Assembly (NCBI GenBank): GCA_027006055.1
Contig: JALTKX010000085.1
Coordinates: 668 to 64,667, forward strand
Direction of reading: 5' to 3'
Source: Calditrichia bacterium
GTDB lineage: Bacteria; Calditrichota; Calditrichia; Calditrichales; J004
DNA: 64,000 nt
The position numbers were made by a program, and so were the translations under genes. Each line of letters begins with the position of its first letter. Position 1 is the stretch's first letter. Below, piece by piece: positions 25,771 to 34,670 of this stretch. The notes under the pieces are model-generated. The model was not told the DNA's origin. It made no database searches and worked only from the letters and a program-made list of their open reading frames with translations.

Positions 25771-26559
25771 TCAGGCCGAAAGAGAATGGCTTCCCTCAAC
25801 GCCGTGATTAAAATGATGGTTCCATTTAGACTTTAACAGACTCATTCTCAGGACATCATGGTATTCGTCTTCTATAAGAATATCATGATATAACAGCCCC
25901 TCAAGCTCAAAGCCGAAACGACTGTTAAGATTTATATTGTTGATATTTGTATCCAGGGAATGGATAAAAACCTTATTCATTTCAATTATGTGAAAAGCAT
26001 AAAACAAAAACAGAAACGTGGCCAGTTTACCAATGCCCTTGTTGCGGAACTGATTGGTGCCGATAAACTTTTTCATCTCCAGTTTACGGGACTGCCGCTC
26101 AACGCCATCCGCGCCGATTATCCCCACAAAGGTGTCCTGATACATCACCGCCAGATAATCACGTGATTCACTTAGAAGATAGGCGCTTAGAGCCGCCTTT
26201 TCCTTGGGAAAAAAACGAATAAAAGTATTATTGATTTCCTTTTCTCTCAGCCAGTCGGCAATTGTCGGAATGTGTTCTTTTTTCAATGGGCATATTTTAA
26301 CCGCTCCCAGGCGGAGGTACTTATCGGTTTGCCAATGATTATCTATTTGGCTTGTATCAAAGTCATAAAGATTTCCCGGCGAGGCATGGCCGTTATGGTT
26401 CCCTTTGGTTACATAATCAAGCAAATCCATGCTTACCGTTAGTATACCGCTTTTATTGACTCCCTGCTTAATTAACTCCTTGTAAAAGGAACTTGTTACG
26501 ACGCGAAGCAATTGTTTTTGTTTTAAAGCATCAATGGAAACGGTATCATTCTCTGCCAT
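25771..26559 (-). CDS. GNAT-family N-acetyltransferase with about 100-aa N-terminal extension
   Basis: The C-terminal half has the RimL-like pattern (FIGTNQFRNKGIGKLATFLFLFYAF...GFELEGLL). I prefer the ATG at 26559, which has GGAGG 7 nt upstream. Confidence 0.7.
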   Translation of the reverse strand: MAENDTVSIDALKQKQLLRVVTSSFYKELIKQGVNKSGILTVSMDLLDYVTKGNHNGHASPGNLYDFDTSQIDNHWQTDKYLRLGAVKICPLKKEHIPTIADWLREKEINNTFIRFFPKEKAALSAYLLSESRDYLAVMYQDTFVGIIGADGVERQSRKLEMKKFIGTNQFRNKGIGKLATFLFLFYAFHIIEMNKVFIHSLDTNINNINLNSRFGFELEGLLYHDILIEDEYHDVLRMSLLKSKWNHHFNHGVEGSHSLSA

Positions 26560-26636
26560 TTTGACCTCCAAAGGGTGGGAAACATCCATGTATGGCCTTA
26601 TTATACAGAAATAAAAAGAAGAATTCGTGTTCCTGC

Positions 26637-27068
26637 TCAATTATTTTTAGTTTTTTTTAGCACCATCATGGTAATGCGGGATTTACAGATAAGCCTGCTC
26701 TTTTCATCGATGATATCGATATTCCAAACCTGTGTGGACCTTCCGATATGCACGGGCGTGGCCTTACCCAACACATAGCCCTCTGTTTTTGAGCGGATAT
26801 GATTAGCGTTGATCTCCAAGCCGACCGTATAATACTCCTCGGGATTCACAGAAAGATAACTGGCCACGCTGGCCACCGATTCCGCCAGAGCCAGCGAGGC
26901 CCCGCCATGCAAAATGCCCGCCGGCTGCCTGGTTCTTTCATCCACGGGCATGGAAGCGGTGAGTGATCCTTCCGTAATTTCCGTGAATAGGATATTCAGG
27001 TGCGACAGTAAAGTCTTTTTAGAAAAAGCGTTTATTTCTTCCAGGGCGTACTCTCTAAACCAGATCAT
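26637..27068 (-). CDS. PaaI/YbdB-type hotdog-fold acyl-CoA thioesterase
   Basis: GILHGGASLALAESVAS plus GLEINANHIR...ATPVHIGRSTQVW. Start ATG at 27068 preceded by AAGGAGAAAGG. Confidence 0.8.
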   Translation of the reverse strand: MIWFREYALEEINAFSKKTLLSHLNILFTEITEGSLTASMPVDERTRQPAGILHGGASLALAESVASVASYLSVNPEEYYTVGLEINANHIRSKTEGYVLGKATPVHIGRSTQVWNIDIIDEKSRLICKSRITMMVLKKTKNN

Positions 27069-27645
27069 TACCTTTCTCCTTATAGGACATATAACTTTCA
27101 TACAGCTTATGACATAGTGGGGGCGCACTTTCTATTAAACGCCCGGCCGGAACCCGATCTTCATAGTAATCGCTGACAACTTTTATGGAAGTAAGCGGAA
27201 GCGACAGGCTACGGGCCTCTTCAGCTAAAAAAAACAATTCCATATCAACAATATTTACAGAGTATTTTTTTTGGGGGGGATGAACCGCCTCTCCGGCTTC
27301 CCGAATGGTCATACAACCCACACGGTGTAAGGCCAGGCCGCTTTTGGGCAGTTGTATCTCTTCTCCGGTGTCCGGCTGGTAACACAAACCGGCTTCCACA
27401 ATCGTACCGATGGGCAAGGCGCGGTTTAGAACGGCGGCAAAACCCAGGTTAAGAAACTGAATATCCTTAAATTCCTTACTCAGCTTTTTTATTCCGGGCA
27501 AAATATGTCGAATTAGTTTATCTTTACTGCCGGTCTGGATCAGGCAGGTGTCGCCGGAGAGATAGCCAAAAGATTCTTTTCTAAAGGTCATTTTATTAAA
27601 AAAGCAGCGAAATTCCGCTCTATGGGCAATAAGGAGTACGATCAT
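27055..27645 (-). CDS. Nucleoside phosphorylase-superfamily protein (MTA/SAH nucleosidase or futalosine hydrolase-like, divergent)
   Basis: Pattern MIVLLIA..E...LGFAAVLN..LPIGTIV...VDMELFFLAEEA...IKVVSD follows the PNP_UDP_1 fold landmarks. The Gly-rich phosphate/ribose loop is not obvious. Confidence 0.5.
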   Translation of the reverse strand: MIVLLIAHRAEFRCFFNKMTFRKESFGYLSGDTCLIQTGSKDKLIRHILPGIKKLSKEFKDIQFLNLGFAAVLNRALPIGTIVEAGLCYQPDTGEEIQLPKSGLALHRVGCMTIREAGEAVHPPQKKYSVNIVDMELFFLAEEARSLSLPLTSIKVVSDYYEDRVPAGRLIESAPPLCHKLYESYMSYKEKGNDLV

Positions 27646-27732
27646 CTTTTTACTTGTCAGATGTGTAATTGAACACGAATGTGAAATATTTTATGCTTAA
27701 GTTACAGAATTTTCAGGAATAATGAGGGATTA

Positions 27733-28521
27733 ATGAACCATAATAACAACCATAAAATAGATATTGACTCTAAATCATCATCCCATACCGGGTTTAAAGG
27801 CCTGTTTGAGAGAATGCTTCGCCGCTTTATGACAGTTACCTTTATGGCGGCCCTGATTCCCATTTATCTCTTAGCCATAGTTATCATTGGAATATCACTA
27901 ACGCCCGGAGTCTATTTTTTTAATTTTGTCCGTGAATACACGTCGACCTGGTCTCCCCTCCTGGCGAACCTTTCACTGGGAGTGGCCATTGTCTCGGGAT
28001 ACTTTATGTATGGTTTTACAGTAATTTTTGTTACGCCTTTTTTCAATTTCATCCTCCCCTTCAGGCTTAAACCTTTCCGCGGCCCTTACTATTCCTGGGA
28101 GAGCGTTCCCTGGTATGTTCATAACGCCCTGCTCTATCTGGTACGCTATACCTTTCTGGAATTTGTAACGCCCACTCCCATCAATGTTTTGTTTTATAAA
28201 ATGATGGGCATGAAAATCGGCAAGGGGGTACAAATAAACACTACCAACATCTCCGACGCTGCTCTTATAGAGCTTGGCGACAAAGTAACCATCGGAGGAT
28301 CGGCACATATAATTTGTCATTATGCCGCCAAGGGATATCTGGTCATCGCACCGGTAAAAATTGAAAAAGGCGCCACCCTCGGTTTAAAATGCACTGTTAT
28401 GGGAGACGTGCACATAGGAGAAAAAGCGGTTATCTCACCCCACGAGGTGGTGTTGCCCAAATCACGGATTCCCGCGCATTACCGCAAGAATAAGCCTCAG
28501 AAAGAGGTTGCCGAGATATAA
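27733..28521 (+). CDS. Membrane-anchored left-handed beta-helix (hexapeptide-repeat) acyltransferase-like protein
   Basis: Two long N-terminal hydrophobic helices, then hexapeptide-like turns (IGKGVQINTTNISDAALIELGDKVTIGGSAHII...IEKGATLGLKCTVMGDVHIGEKAVISPHEVV). Confidence 0.65.
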   Translation: MNHNNNHKIDIDSKSSSHTGFKGLFERMLRRFMTVTFMAALIPIYLLAIVIIGISLTPGVYFFNFVREYTSTWSPLLANLSLGVAIVSGYFMYGFTVIFVTPFFNFILPFRLKPFRGPYYSWESVPWYVHNALLYLVRYTFLEFVTPTPINVLFYKMMGMKIGKGVQINTTNISDAALIELGDKVTIGGSAHIICHYAAKGYLVIAPVKIEKGATLGLKCTVMGDVHIGEKAVISPHEVVLPKSRIPAHYRKNKPQKEVAEI

Positions 28522-28664
28522 AATATATGTTTTTTACCACTTTCGATTATTATCGGCCTTTTTACTATTTTACTGATGACAACTTTCACATAGCTAAATT
28601 ATTTTTTCACTATTTTGAATCATCAGTTAATTAGGGTAACTATTTATCAACTAAGGAGAGCATT

Positions 28665-29519
28665 ATGAATACCAAGAAGGTACTATTATCCGGATTTGTG
28701 CTTGGCGCGCTCGTATTGACGAGCTGTGAAAATGCCGCCGATGCCAATAAAGCCAAAATCGAACCGATTTCCATTGATCCCACACAGGAAGTGATTAGCA
28801 ATGAAGCGGAAAATGTGGCCGCGATTGCCATCAACATGCAAAGCCGTGTTATTTTAGATCACCAGGAATTAATCGCGCTTGACGAAAAAGCCCTGGGAAA
28901 AGTGAGCGGTGATAAGGTTTACCGTTGGAACCCCGAGACCATGTGGCATACCTGGGAAGACGACCTTAACAATCCCGCATATCCGGAAGCCTTTGCCGGT
29001 CATTACAAGCGCGGGCAACAACATATCGACGCCCAGGGAAATATTGTAAAAAAAGCCAAATACGCCGTAGGTATCTACTTTTACTACAATACCAGCGGTA
29101 AATGGGGGTATGTAAATGATGAGCCTACCGGTACTTCCTGGAATCACAATATGGCTACAGAAGAAGATCCGGCCATTGCCATCGTAACCCAGGACGGTTA
29201 CTTTTTTTCCGGTGACGCAGAGTATCATACCATCTGGGATGGTTACTATACCGATAAAACCGGCCAGTTTAACAACACTCTGGTTCGTTTCGAAACCAAT
29301 GTTGTAATGAGCGTTGACGAATTATTGATGAGCATGGATGGAAGCACCGTGACCATGTTTGGCGATCTTCACTTTGAAATGCTGCCCTGGACGGCGGATT
29401 TAACCGCTGATGGCAGTGATACCGTGAAAGGTTCCCTGAAATATAATGGTGTTACCGTACAGGAATTGACTTACAGCGTGGCAGAGCTTGTATCAAAAGC
29501 ACAAAGTATTATGCCTTAG
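28665..29519 (+). CDS. Lipoprotein, function unknown
   Basis: AAGGAG RBS and a signal peptide with lipobox VLTSC. No recognisable motif in the mature part. Confidence 0.6.
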   Translation: MNTKKVLLSGFVLGALVLTSCENAADANKAKIEPISIDPTQEVISNEAENVAAIAINMQSRVILDHQELIALDEKALGKVSGDKVYRWNPETMWHTWEDDLNNPAYPEAFAGHYKRGQQHIDAQGNIVKKAKYAVGIYFYYNTSGKWGYVNDEPTGTSWNHNMATEEDPAIAIVTQDGYFFSGDAEYHTIWDGYYTDKTGQFNNTLVRFETNVVMSVDELLMSMDGSTVTMFGDLHFEMLPWTADLTADGSDTVKGSLKYNGVTVQELTYSVAELVSKAQSIMP

Positions 29520-29542
29520 TTTCCTTAGTTAACTGAAGCACA

Positions 29543-29576
29543 AAAGCCCCGGCCTTTCGGTTGGGGCTTTTTTTTT
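29543..29576. terminator. Bidirectional rho-independent terminator between convergent genes
   Basis: Long hairpin aaagccccggcc-tttc-ggttggggcttt (29543-29570), followed by a T run to 29576. On the other strand the same hairpin is followed by tttt and lies downstream of purL. Confidence 0.8.
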
Positions 29577-29640
29577 ACGGCATTGTCCACCTTCCCGCCG
29601 GGTGCCCACATATCCTTCGCGGCAAGCGTGCTCTTTTGTT

Positions 29641-32600
29641 CTACTTAAAGTAATGAACGCCGGACTTAAATATTTCCTGATCATGATTTCCCGGGACATT
29701 ACAGGCCACAAAGGCCCCTGTTCTTTCCGAATGCCCCATTTTACCAAATATTTTTCCATCTGGGCTGCATATTCCTTCGATGGCATATACGGAGCCGGAG
29801 GGGTTGTTTTGCGCATCGCGGGCATATCCGCCGCCGGGAGTGGCATAGCGGCTTATAATTTGCCCCTTGTCCGCCAGTTCTTTTATTGTTTCCTCCGGGG
29901 CATAAAACCGCCCTTCCCCGTTTGAGACGGGAATAACATAATCTTCGTCCATGCTTAACAACTGTGTCCATGGCGAAAGGGACGACACTATCCGTGTGTG
30001 CACATATGCGGAATGATGCCTTTTTAAAAGATTAAAGGTCAGGGTAGGCGCACCCGCGGGCAGGCGATCCATAATGGTACCGTAAGGCAGAAGCCCCAGG
30101 CGAACCAGTGCCTGAAAACCATTGCAGACGCCCAGTATCAGCCCGTCGTTTATATCAAGCATTTCACGAACGGCATCGGCAATAAAGGGATTTCTGAAAG
30201 CTGCCGCGATAAACTTTCCAGAACCGTCGGGCTCGTCGCCCGCGCTAAAACCTCCGGGAATCATAATAATCTGACTGTCTTTAATCTTTTCCGCCATAAG
30301 TTTTAAAGAATCTTGCAGCATGGCCGCGGTTTTGTTTCTAAAAACAAATATTTCGGCCCGGGCGCCGGCCTTTTCCCAGGCAGAGGCGGAATCATATTCA
30401 CAATTCGTGCCCGGAAATACGGGAATAAATACCTTGGGTCTGGCTATCGTATGGCGGCCGCGCAAACGTCCCTTTACATTTTTCACGTTGATCGCGTTGG
30501 TTTTCTCTCCGTCATGGCGGGTTGGGAATACGCTTTCCAGCGGTTCTTCAAACGCCCGGCGCAGCTGTTGTAATTCCAGGGTCATGGAACCTGCTTTTAC
30601 AACGGCCTCTTTCACCGTTTTCCCTAAAAGCTCAAAGGCGCCCCCCTTTTCTTTCATCTCTCCAAAGGCTGCTTCATCCACCTCTAAAATAAGACCGCCA
30701 TAATAGGGAAAAAAGATAGTGTCCGTTTCATTCAGCTCAAATCCGATTTCTTGTCCGAAGGCCATTTTTGTCAGAGCCGCCGCGCATCCTCCGGCTCCAA
30801 TGGCCTGCGCGGCATAAATTTTATTTTTACCGATAAGCCCGTGAATTATATGATAGCCCTCCCGGGCAACATCCAGGGCGGGCACATATCCCTCATCCAT
30901 GGGCACGGCAAACCTTACCAGCAAATGGCCGGCTTTTTTAAGGTGATTGCTGATTACATGAGAGGCTTTAACCGGGGCCAGGGCAAAAGAGACCAGGGTC
31001 GGCGGAACATGCAGATCCTTAAAACTACCGGACATGCTGTCCTTACCGCCTATGGCGGCCCGCCCGAGAGCCATTTGCGCCTTATAGGCGCCCAACAGGG
31101 CCGCATAGGGTTTGCCCCAGCGGGCCGCATCCGTGCCCAACTTTTCATAATATTCCTGAAAGGTGAAATAGATATCATCCACCCCGACCCCAACGGCAAC
31201 AAGCCTGGCCACGGAATCCATCACCGCGTACATCCCTCCGTGAAACGGCGACCACTCGGAAAGATAGGGATCAAACCCCCAGCTCATGGCCGTGGCGGTC
31301 TCGCTTTCGGTAAAGGGCAGGCGGGAGACCATGGCTTCCGCGGGGGTGGCCAGATTTTTACCGCCAAAGGCGTTCAGGATGTTTAGCGTGCCGATGGAAT
31401 TGTCAAACTGTTCCACCAGTCCCCGTTGGCTGCATATATTTATATCCGCCATGAGCTCCAACCAACTCCGGGGTTCCTGCGCGGGACGGTAATGTTTTCG
31501 GGGATGCAGATAGGCCTCCTCCGACGGCGCCTTAATATATACCCTGCTGCTTCGTCTCAGACCGTTGCTATCCAAAAATGAACGGGCAATATCTACAATA
31601 TAGCGGCCCTTCCATTTCATTCTAAGCCGTTTTTCCTCCGTAACCACCGCTATTTTGACCGCGTTTACATTTTCAGCATCCGCCAACGTCAGCAACTCCT
31701 CATAATCTCCCGCGGAAATGACCACGGCCATTCTTTCCTGCGATTCCGACAAGGCCAGTTCGCTGCCATCCAGGCCTTCATATTTTTTGGGCAAACTGTC
31801 CAGATCAATATCCAGACCATCGGCCAGCTCTCCCACCGCCACGGATACGCCGCCCGCGCCGAAGTCATTTGCTTTTTTTACCAGCCTGCTAAAACGTGGA
31901 TTTGAAAACAGGCGTTGCAGTTTTCTCTCCTCGGGCGCATTGCCCTTTTGTACCTCGGCGCTTTTTTCCAGGGCCGTGTCATCATGAGCCCGGGAAGAGC
32001 CGGTGGCCCCTCCAATACCGTCCCGGCCGGTGGCCCCCCCGACCAGAATGATATAATCTCCGGGGCGGGGCTTTTCACGGCGCACCTGTTTGGCGGGAAC
32101 GGCGCCCACCACGGCACCTATCTCCATGCGCTTGGCCATATAGCCCGGATGGTAGATTTCCCGTACCAGACCTGTATTTAAACCGATCTGGTTGCCATAG
32201 GAGCTATACCCCTTTGCCGCCATGGTTGTAATCGTACGCTGGGGCAGCTTTCCGGGCAGCGTCTCCTCCAGGGGTGCCCGGGGATCCCCGCTGCCGGTAA
32301 GACGCATGGCCTGATAGACATAGGCCCTGCCGGATAAAGGGTCGCGTATGGCGCCGCCAAGACAGGTGGCCGCGCCGCCAAAGGGTTCAATTTCCGTGGG
32401 ATGATTATGTGTTTCGTTTTTAAAGAGAATCAGCCAGTCTTCCTCGCCGGACGATGTATCGATCTTTATACGGATCGTACAGGCGTTTATCTCATCACTG
32501 ACTTCCAACTCCGGTAGTTTTCCCGCTTTGCCGAGTTCCTTCATACATATGGTAGCCAGGTCCATCAAACAATCAGCACGCCCTGATGAACCGTAAACGC

Positions 32601-33387
32601 GTGAGCGTGAGGCCAGATATTCCCGGTAGGCAGCGCGGATGGGAGCGGTAAGCCCGGCCTCTTCAAACTCCACCGATTTAATTTCCGTTAAAAAGGTGGT
32701 ATGACGGCAATGATCGGACCAGTAGGTATCCAACATCTTCAGTTCCGTTTTCGTGGGCTCTCTTTTTTCTCTGTCCCTGAAATAATCCCTGCAAAAAGCC
32801 AAATCCTCCACGGTCATAACCAAGCCCAGCTCACCGCGGAGTTTTTCCAGCTCTTTTCCACCGGCGGAGATAAATCCCTTTACAGAAGGAACCCTTTCCG
32901 GTTCACTGTAATCATCCCTTAAGGTGGAAGGCTTTTCCAGCCCGGCTTTACGGGAGTCCACGGGGTTGATGCAATATTTTTCTATCCTCGCCCTATCCCC
33001 GGGAGATATCCGTCCAAAAACGGCGATGACCCGCGCGCTTTTAACCAATGGCTCCTGGCGGCTATCCAGAATCCGGATACATTGCCCGGCGGAATCCGCT
33101 CTTTGATCAAACTGCCCCGGTTGGTAAGATACGGCCAGCAGAAAATCTTCGCCCAGGGGCGGCAGCTCTTCTTCGTACACGCGGTCCTGCACCACATCGG
33201 AAAAGATGGTGTCCCGGGCCCGCTGGTATATCTCTTGCGGAATGTTTCCTATATCATAGCGATTGAACAGACGAACATCTTTTACGGAAGGTATTTGAAG
33301 GAAATGCTGAAAATCATGGAGCAGGTTTTTGGCTTCCAGATCATAGCCGCTTTTTTTTTCTACAAAGATACGATATATCCCGGACAT
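29641..33387 (-). CDS. purL: Phosphoribosylformylglycinamidine (FGAM) synthase, single-chain large form
   Basis: 1248 aa with duplicated AIR-synthase-like domains (NETHNHPTEIEPFGGAATCLGGAIRD). The C-terminal glutamine amidotransferase has a GVCNGFQ nucleophile and GHSER. Confidence 0.95.
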   Translation of the reverse strand: MSGIYRIFVEKKSGYDLEAKNLLHDFQHFLQIPSVKDVRLFNRYDIGNIPQEIYQRARDTIFSDVVQDRVYEEELPPLGEDFLLAVSYQPGQFDQRADSAGQCIRILDSRQEPLVKSARVIAVFGRISPGDRARIEKYCINPVDSRKAGLEKPSTLRDDYSEPERVPSVKGFISAGGKELEKLRGELGLVMTVEDLAFCRDYFRDREKREPTKTELKMLDTYWSDHCRHTTFLTEIKSVEFEEAGLTAPIRAAYREYLASRSRVYGSSGRADCLMDLATICMKELGKAGKLPELEVSDEINACTIRIKIDTSSGEEDWLILFKNETHNHPTEIEPFGGAATCLGGAIRDPLSGRAYVYQAMRLTGSGDPRAPLEETLPGKLPQRTITTMAAKGYSSYGNQIGLNTGLVREIYHPGYMAKRMEIGAVVGAVPAKQVRREKPRPGDYIILVGGATGRDGIGGATGSSRAHDDTALEKSAEVQKGNAPEERKLQRLFSNPRFSRLVKKANDFGAGGVSVAVGELADGLDIDLDSLPKKYEGLDGSELALSESQERMAVVISAGDYEELLTLADAENVNAVKIAVVTEEKRLRMKWKGRYIVDIARSFLDSNGLRRSSRVYIKAPSEEAYLHPRKHYRPAQEPRSWLELMADINICSQRGLVEQFDNSIGTLNILNAFGGKNLATPAEAMVSRLPFTESETATAMSWGFDPYLSEWSPFHGGMYAVMDSVARLVAVGVGVDDIYFTFQEYYEKLGTDAARWGKPYAALLGAYKAQMALGRAAIGGKDSMSGSFKDLHVPPTLVSFALAPVKASHVISNHLKKAGHLLVRFAVPMDEGYVPALDVAREGYHIIHGLIGKNKIYAAQAIGAGGCAAALTKMAFGQEIGFELNETDTIFFPYYGGLILEVDEAAFGEMKEKGGAFELLGKTVKEAVVKAGSMTLELQQLRRAFEEPLESVFPTRHDGEKTNAINVKNVKGRLRGRHTIARPKVFIPVFPGTNCEYDSASAWEKAGARAEIFVFRNKTAAMLQDSLKLMAEKIKDSQIIMIPGGFSAGDEPDGSGKFIAAAFRNPFIADAVREMLDINDGLILGVCNGFQALVRLGLLPYGTIMDRLPAGAPTLTFNLLKRHHSAYVHTRIVSSLSPWTQLLSMDEDYVIPVSNGEGRFYAPEETIKELADKGQIISRYATPGGGYARDAQNNPSGSVYAIEGICSPDGKIFGKMGHSERTGAFVACNVPGNHDQEIFKSGVHYFK

Positions 33388-33451
33388 GGCGCCTCGCTGT
33401 TATGTGGAAGCGCCAATTTAAAAGTTCCGGCCCTTTTAAGAAAGAGAAAAT

Positions 33452-34669
33452 TTAATTGATGGAATATGTGGGTTTCACATAGGGAAAGCTGACAATAAAC
33501 TCGGTTCCTTGTCCCGGTTCGCTGTTCAGCGTTAACGCCCCGTCATAGTTTTCAACCAGGGATTTTACCATATAAAGGCCCAGTCCCGTTCCGGTCGGCC
33601 CGTCGCCGCTCCCGGCCTTGGGTTTGGTTGTAAAAAAGGGGTCGAAGATATTTTCCTGAACCTCCGGGGGAATACCCGGACCGTTATCCCTGATGGAAAA
33701 GCAGGCCCGCGTCTCTTTACGGTAGGTACGGATATCAATGCGGGCATCCTCCTGGTCATACATGGCGTCCAGCGCATTACGCAGCAGATTTTGGAATATC
33801 TGGTTTACTTCCCCCGGTACAACCTTTACATAAAGAGGTTCGGGCGTCAGCTCAATATTCTTTTTGGTGCTGTGTTTAAATTGTAAATCAGCGTTAAAGA
33901 ATTGGATTTCCTGTTCCAGCAATTCATTCAGGTTCAAAACACGCGCATCCATTTCGGAATCGCTACGCACCTTGGCCATGAGATTGTTGAGCATATTAAG
34001 CATCTGATTATTGGCGTTATGAAATTTTTTATAATATTTACTGGAATAATCGATAAACTCTTTCCATTGTGATATTGACTCGGGATTTGAGTTATCATCA
34101 AGGGGCAACATCTCATATTTCATTTCCAGAAGTTGAACTCCGTTGGAAATGATGGTTATGGGATTTTTCAGATTGTGCACAATACCCTGGCTAAACAGGC
34201 TGAAGGCGGCATTCCGTTCGGCTGTGATTAAACTCTTGGTTCTTTCACGCAGAAGATGCTCAAGATTTTTATTGTATTGCTCTACCTGCGCCATGGCCTC
34301 GCGGAGTTTTAGGTGGGTTTTAACCCTGGCCAGCACCTCCGCGCTGTCAAACGGCTTGGCTATGTAATCCGCCCCTCCGGCATTAAATCCTTCCAGCTTA
34401 TCTTCTGTACTGGATTTTGCCGAAATAAACAAAACCGGCAGATTGGCATGCTGCTCATCTTCCTTTAATTTCCGGCAAACGGAAATACCATCCATTCCGG
34501 GCATCATCACATCGAGTAAAACCAGGTCGGGCTTTACATTTTCCACCATTTCCAGGGCATCCGTACCGTTTTGCGCAACGGCGATATCATAACCGTCATC
34601 GGAAAGTATTTTTCCCAAAACCTGAATATTTTCGGCAACATCATCAACGATAAGTATCAAATTCTTCAT
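33452..34669 (-). CDS. Response-regulator receiver fused to histidine kinase (REC-HisKA-HATPase)
   Basis: REC: LIVDDV...LLDVMMPGMDG...AKPF. H-box-like GIVHNLKNPITII. ATPase N/G boxes: LLRNALDAM, DNGPGIP, GTGLGLY. Confidence 0.88.
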   Translation of the reverse strand: MKNLILIVDDVAENIQVLGKILSDDGYDIAVAQNGTDALEMVENVKPDLVLLDVMMPGMDGISVCRKLKEDEQHANLPVLFISAKSSTEDKLEGFNAGGADYIAKPFDSAEVLARVKTHLKLREAMAQVEQYNKNLEHLLRERTKSLITAERNAAFSLFSQGIVHNLKNPITIISNGVQLLEMKYEMLPLDDNSNPESISQWKEFIDYSSKYYKKFHNANNQMLNMLNNLMAKVRSDSEMDARVLNLNELLEQEIQFFNADLQFKHSTKKNIELTPEPLYVKVVPGEVNQIFQNLLRNALDAMYDQEDARIDIRTYRKETRACFSIRDNGPGIPPEVQENIFDPFFTTKPKAGSGDGPTGTGLGLYMVKSLVENYDGALTLNSEPGQGTEFIVSFPYVKPTYSIN

Positions 34670-34670
34670 T

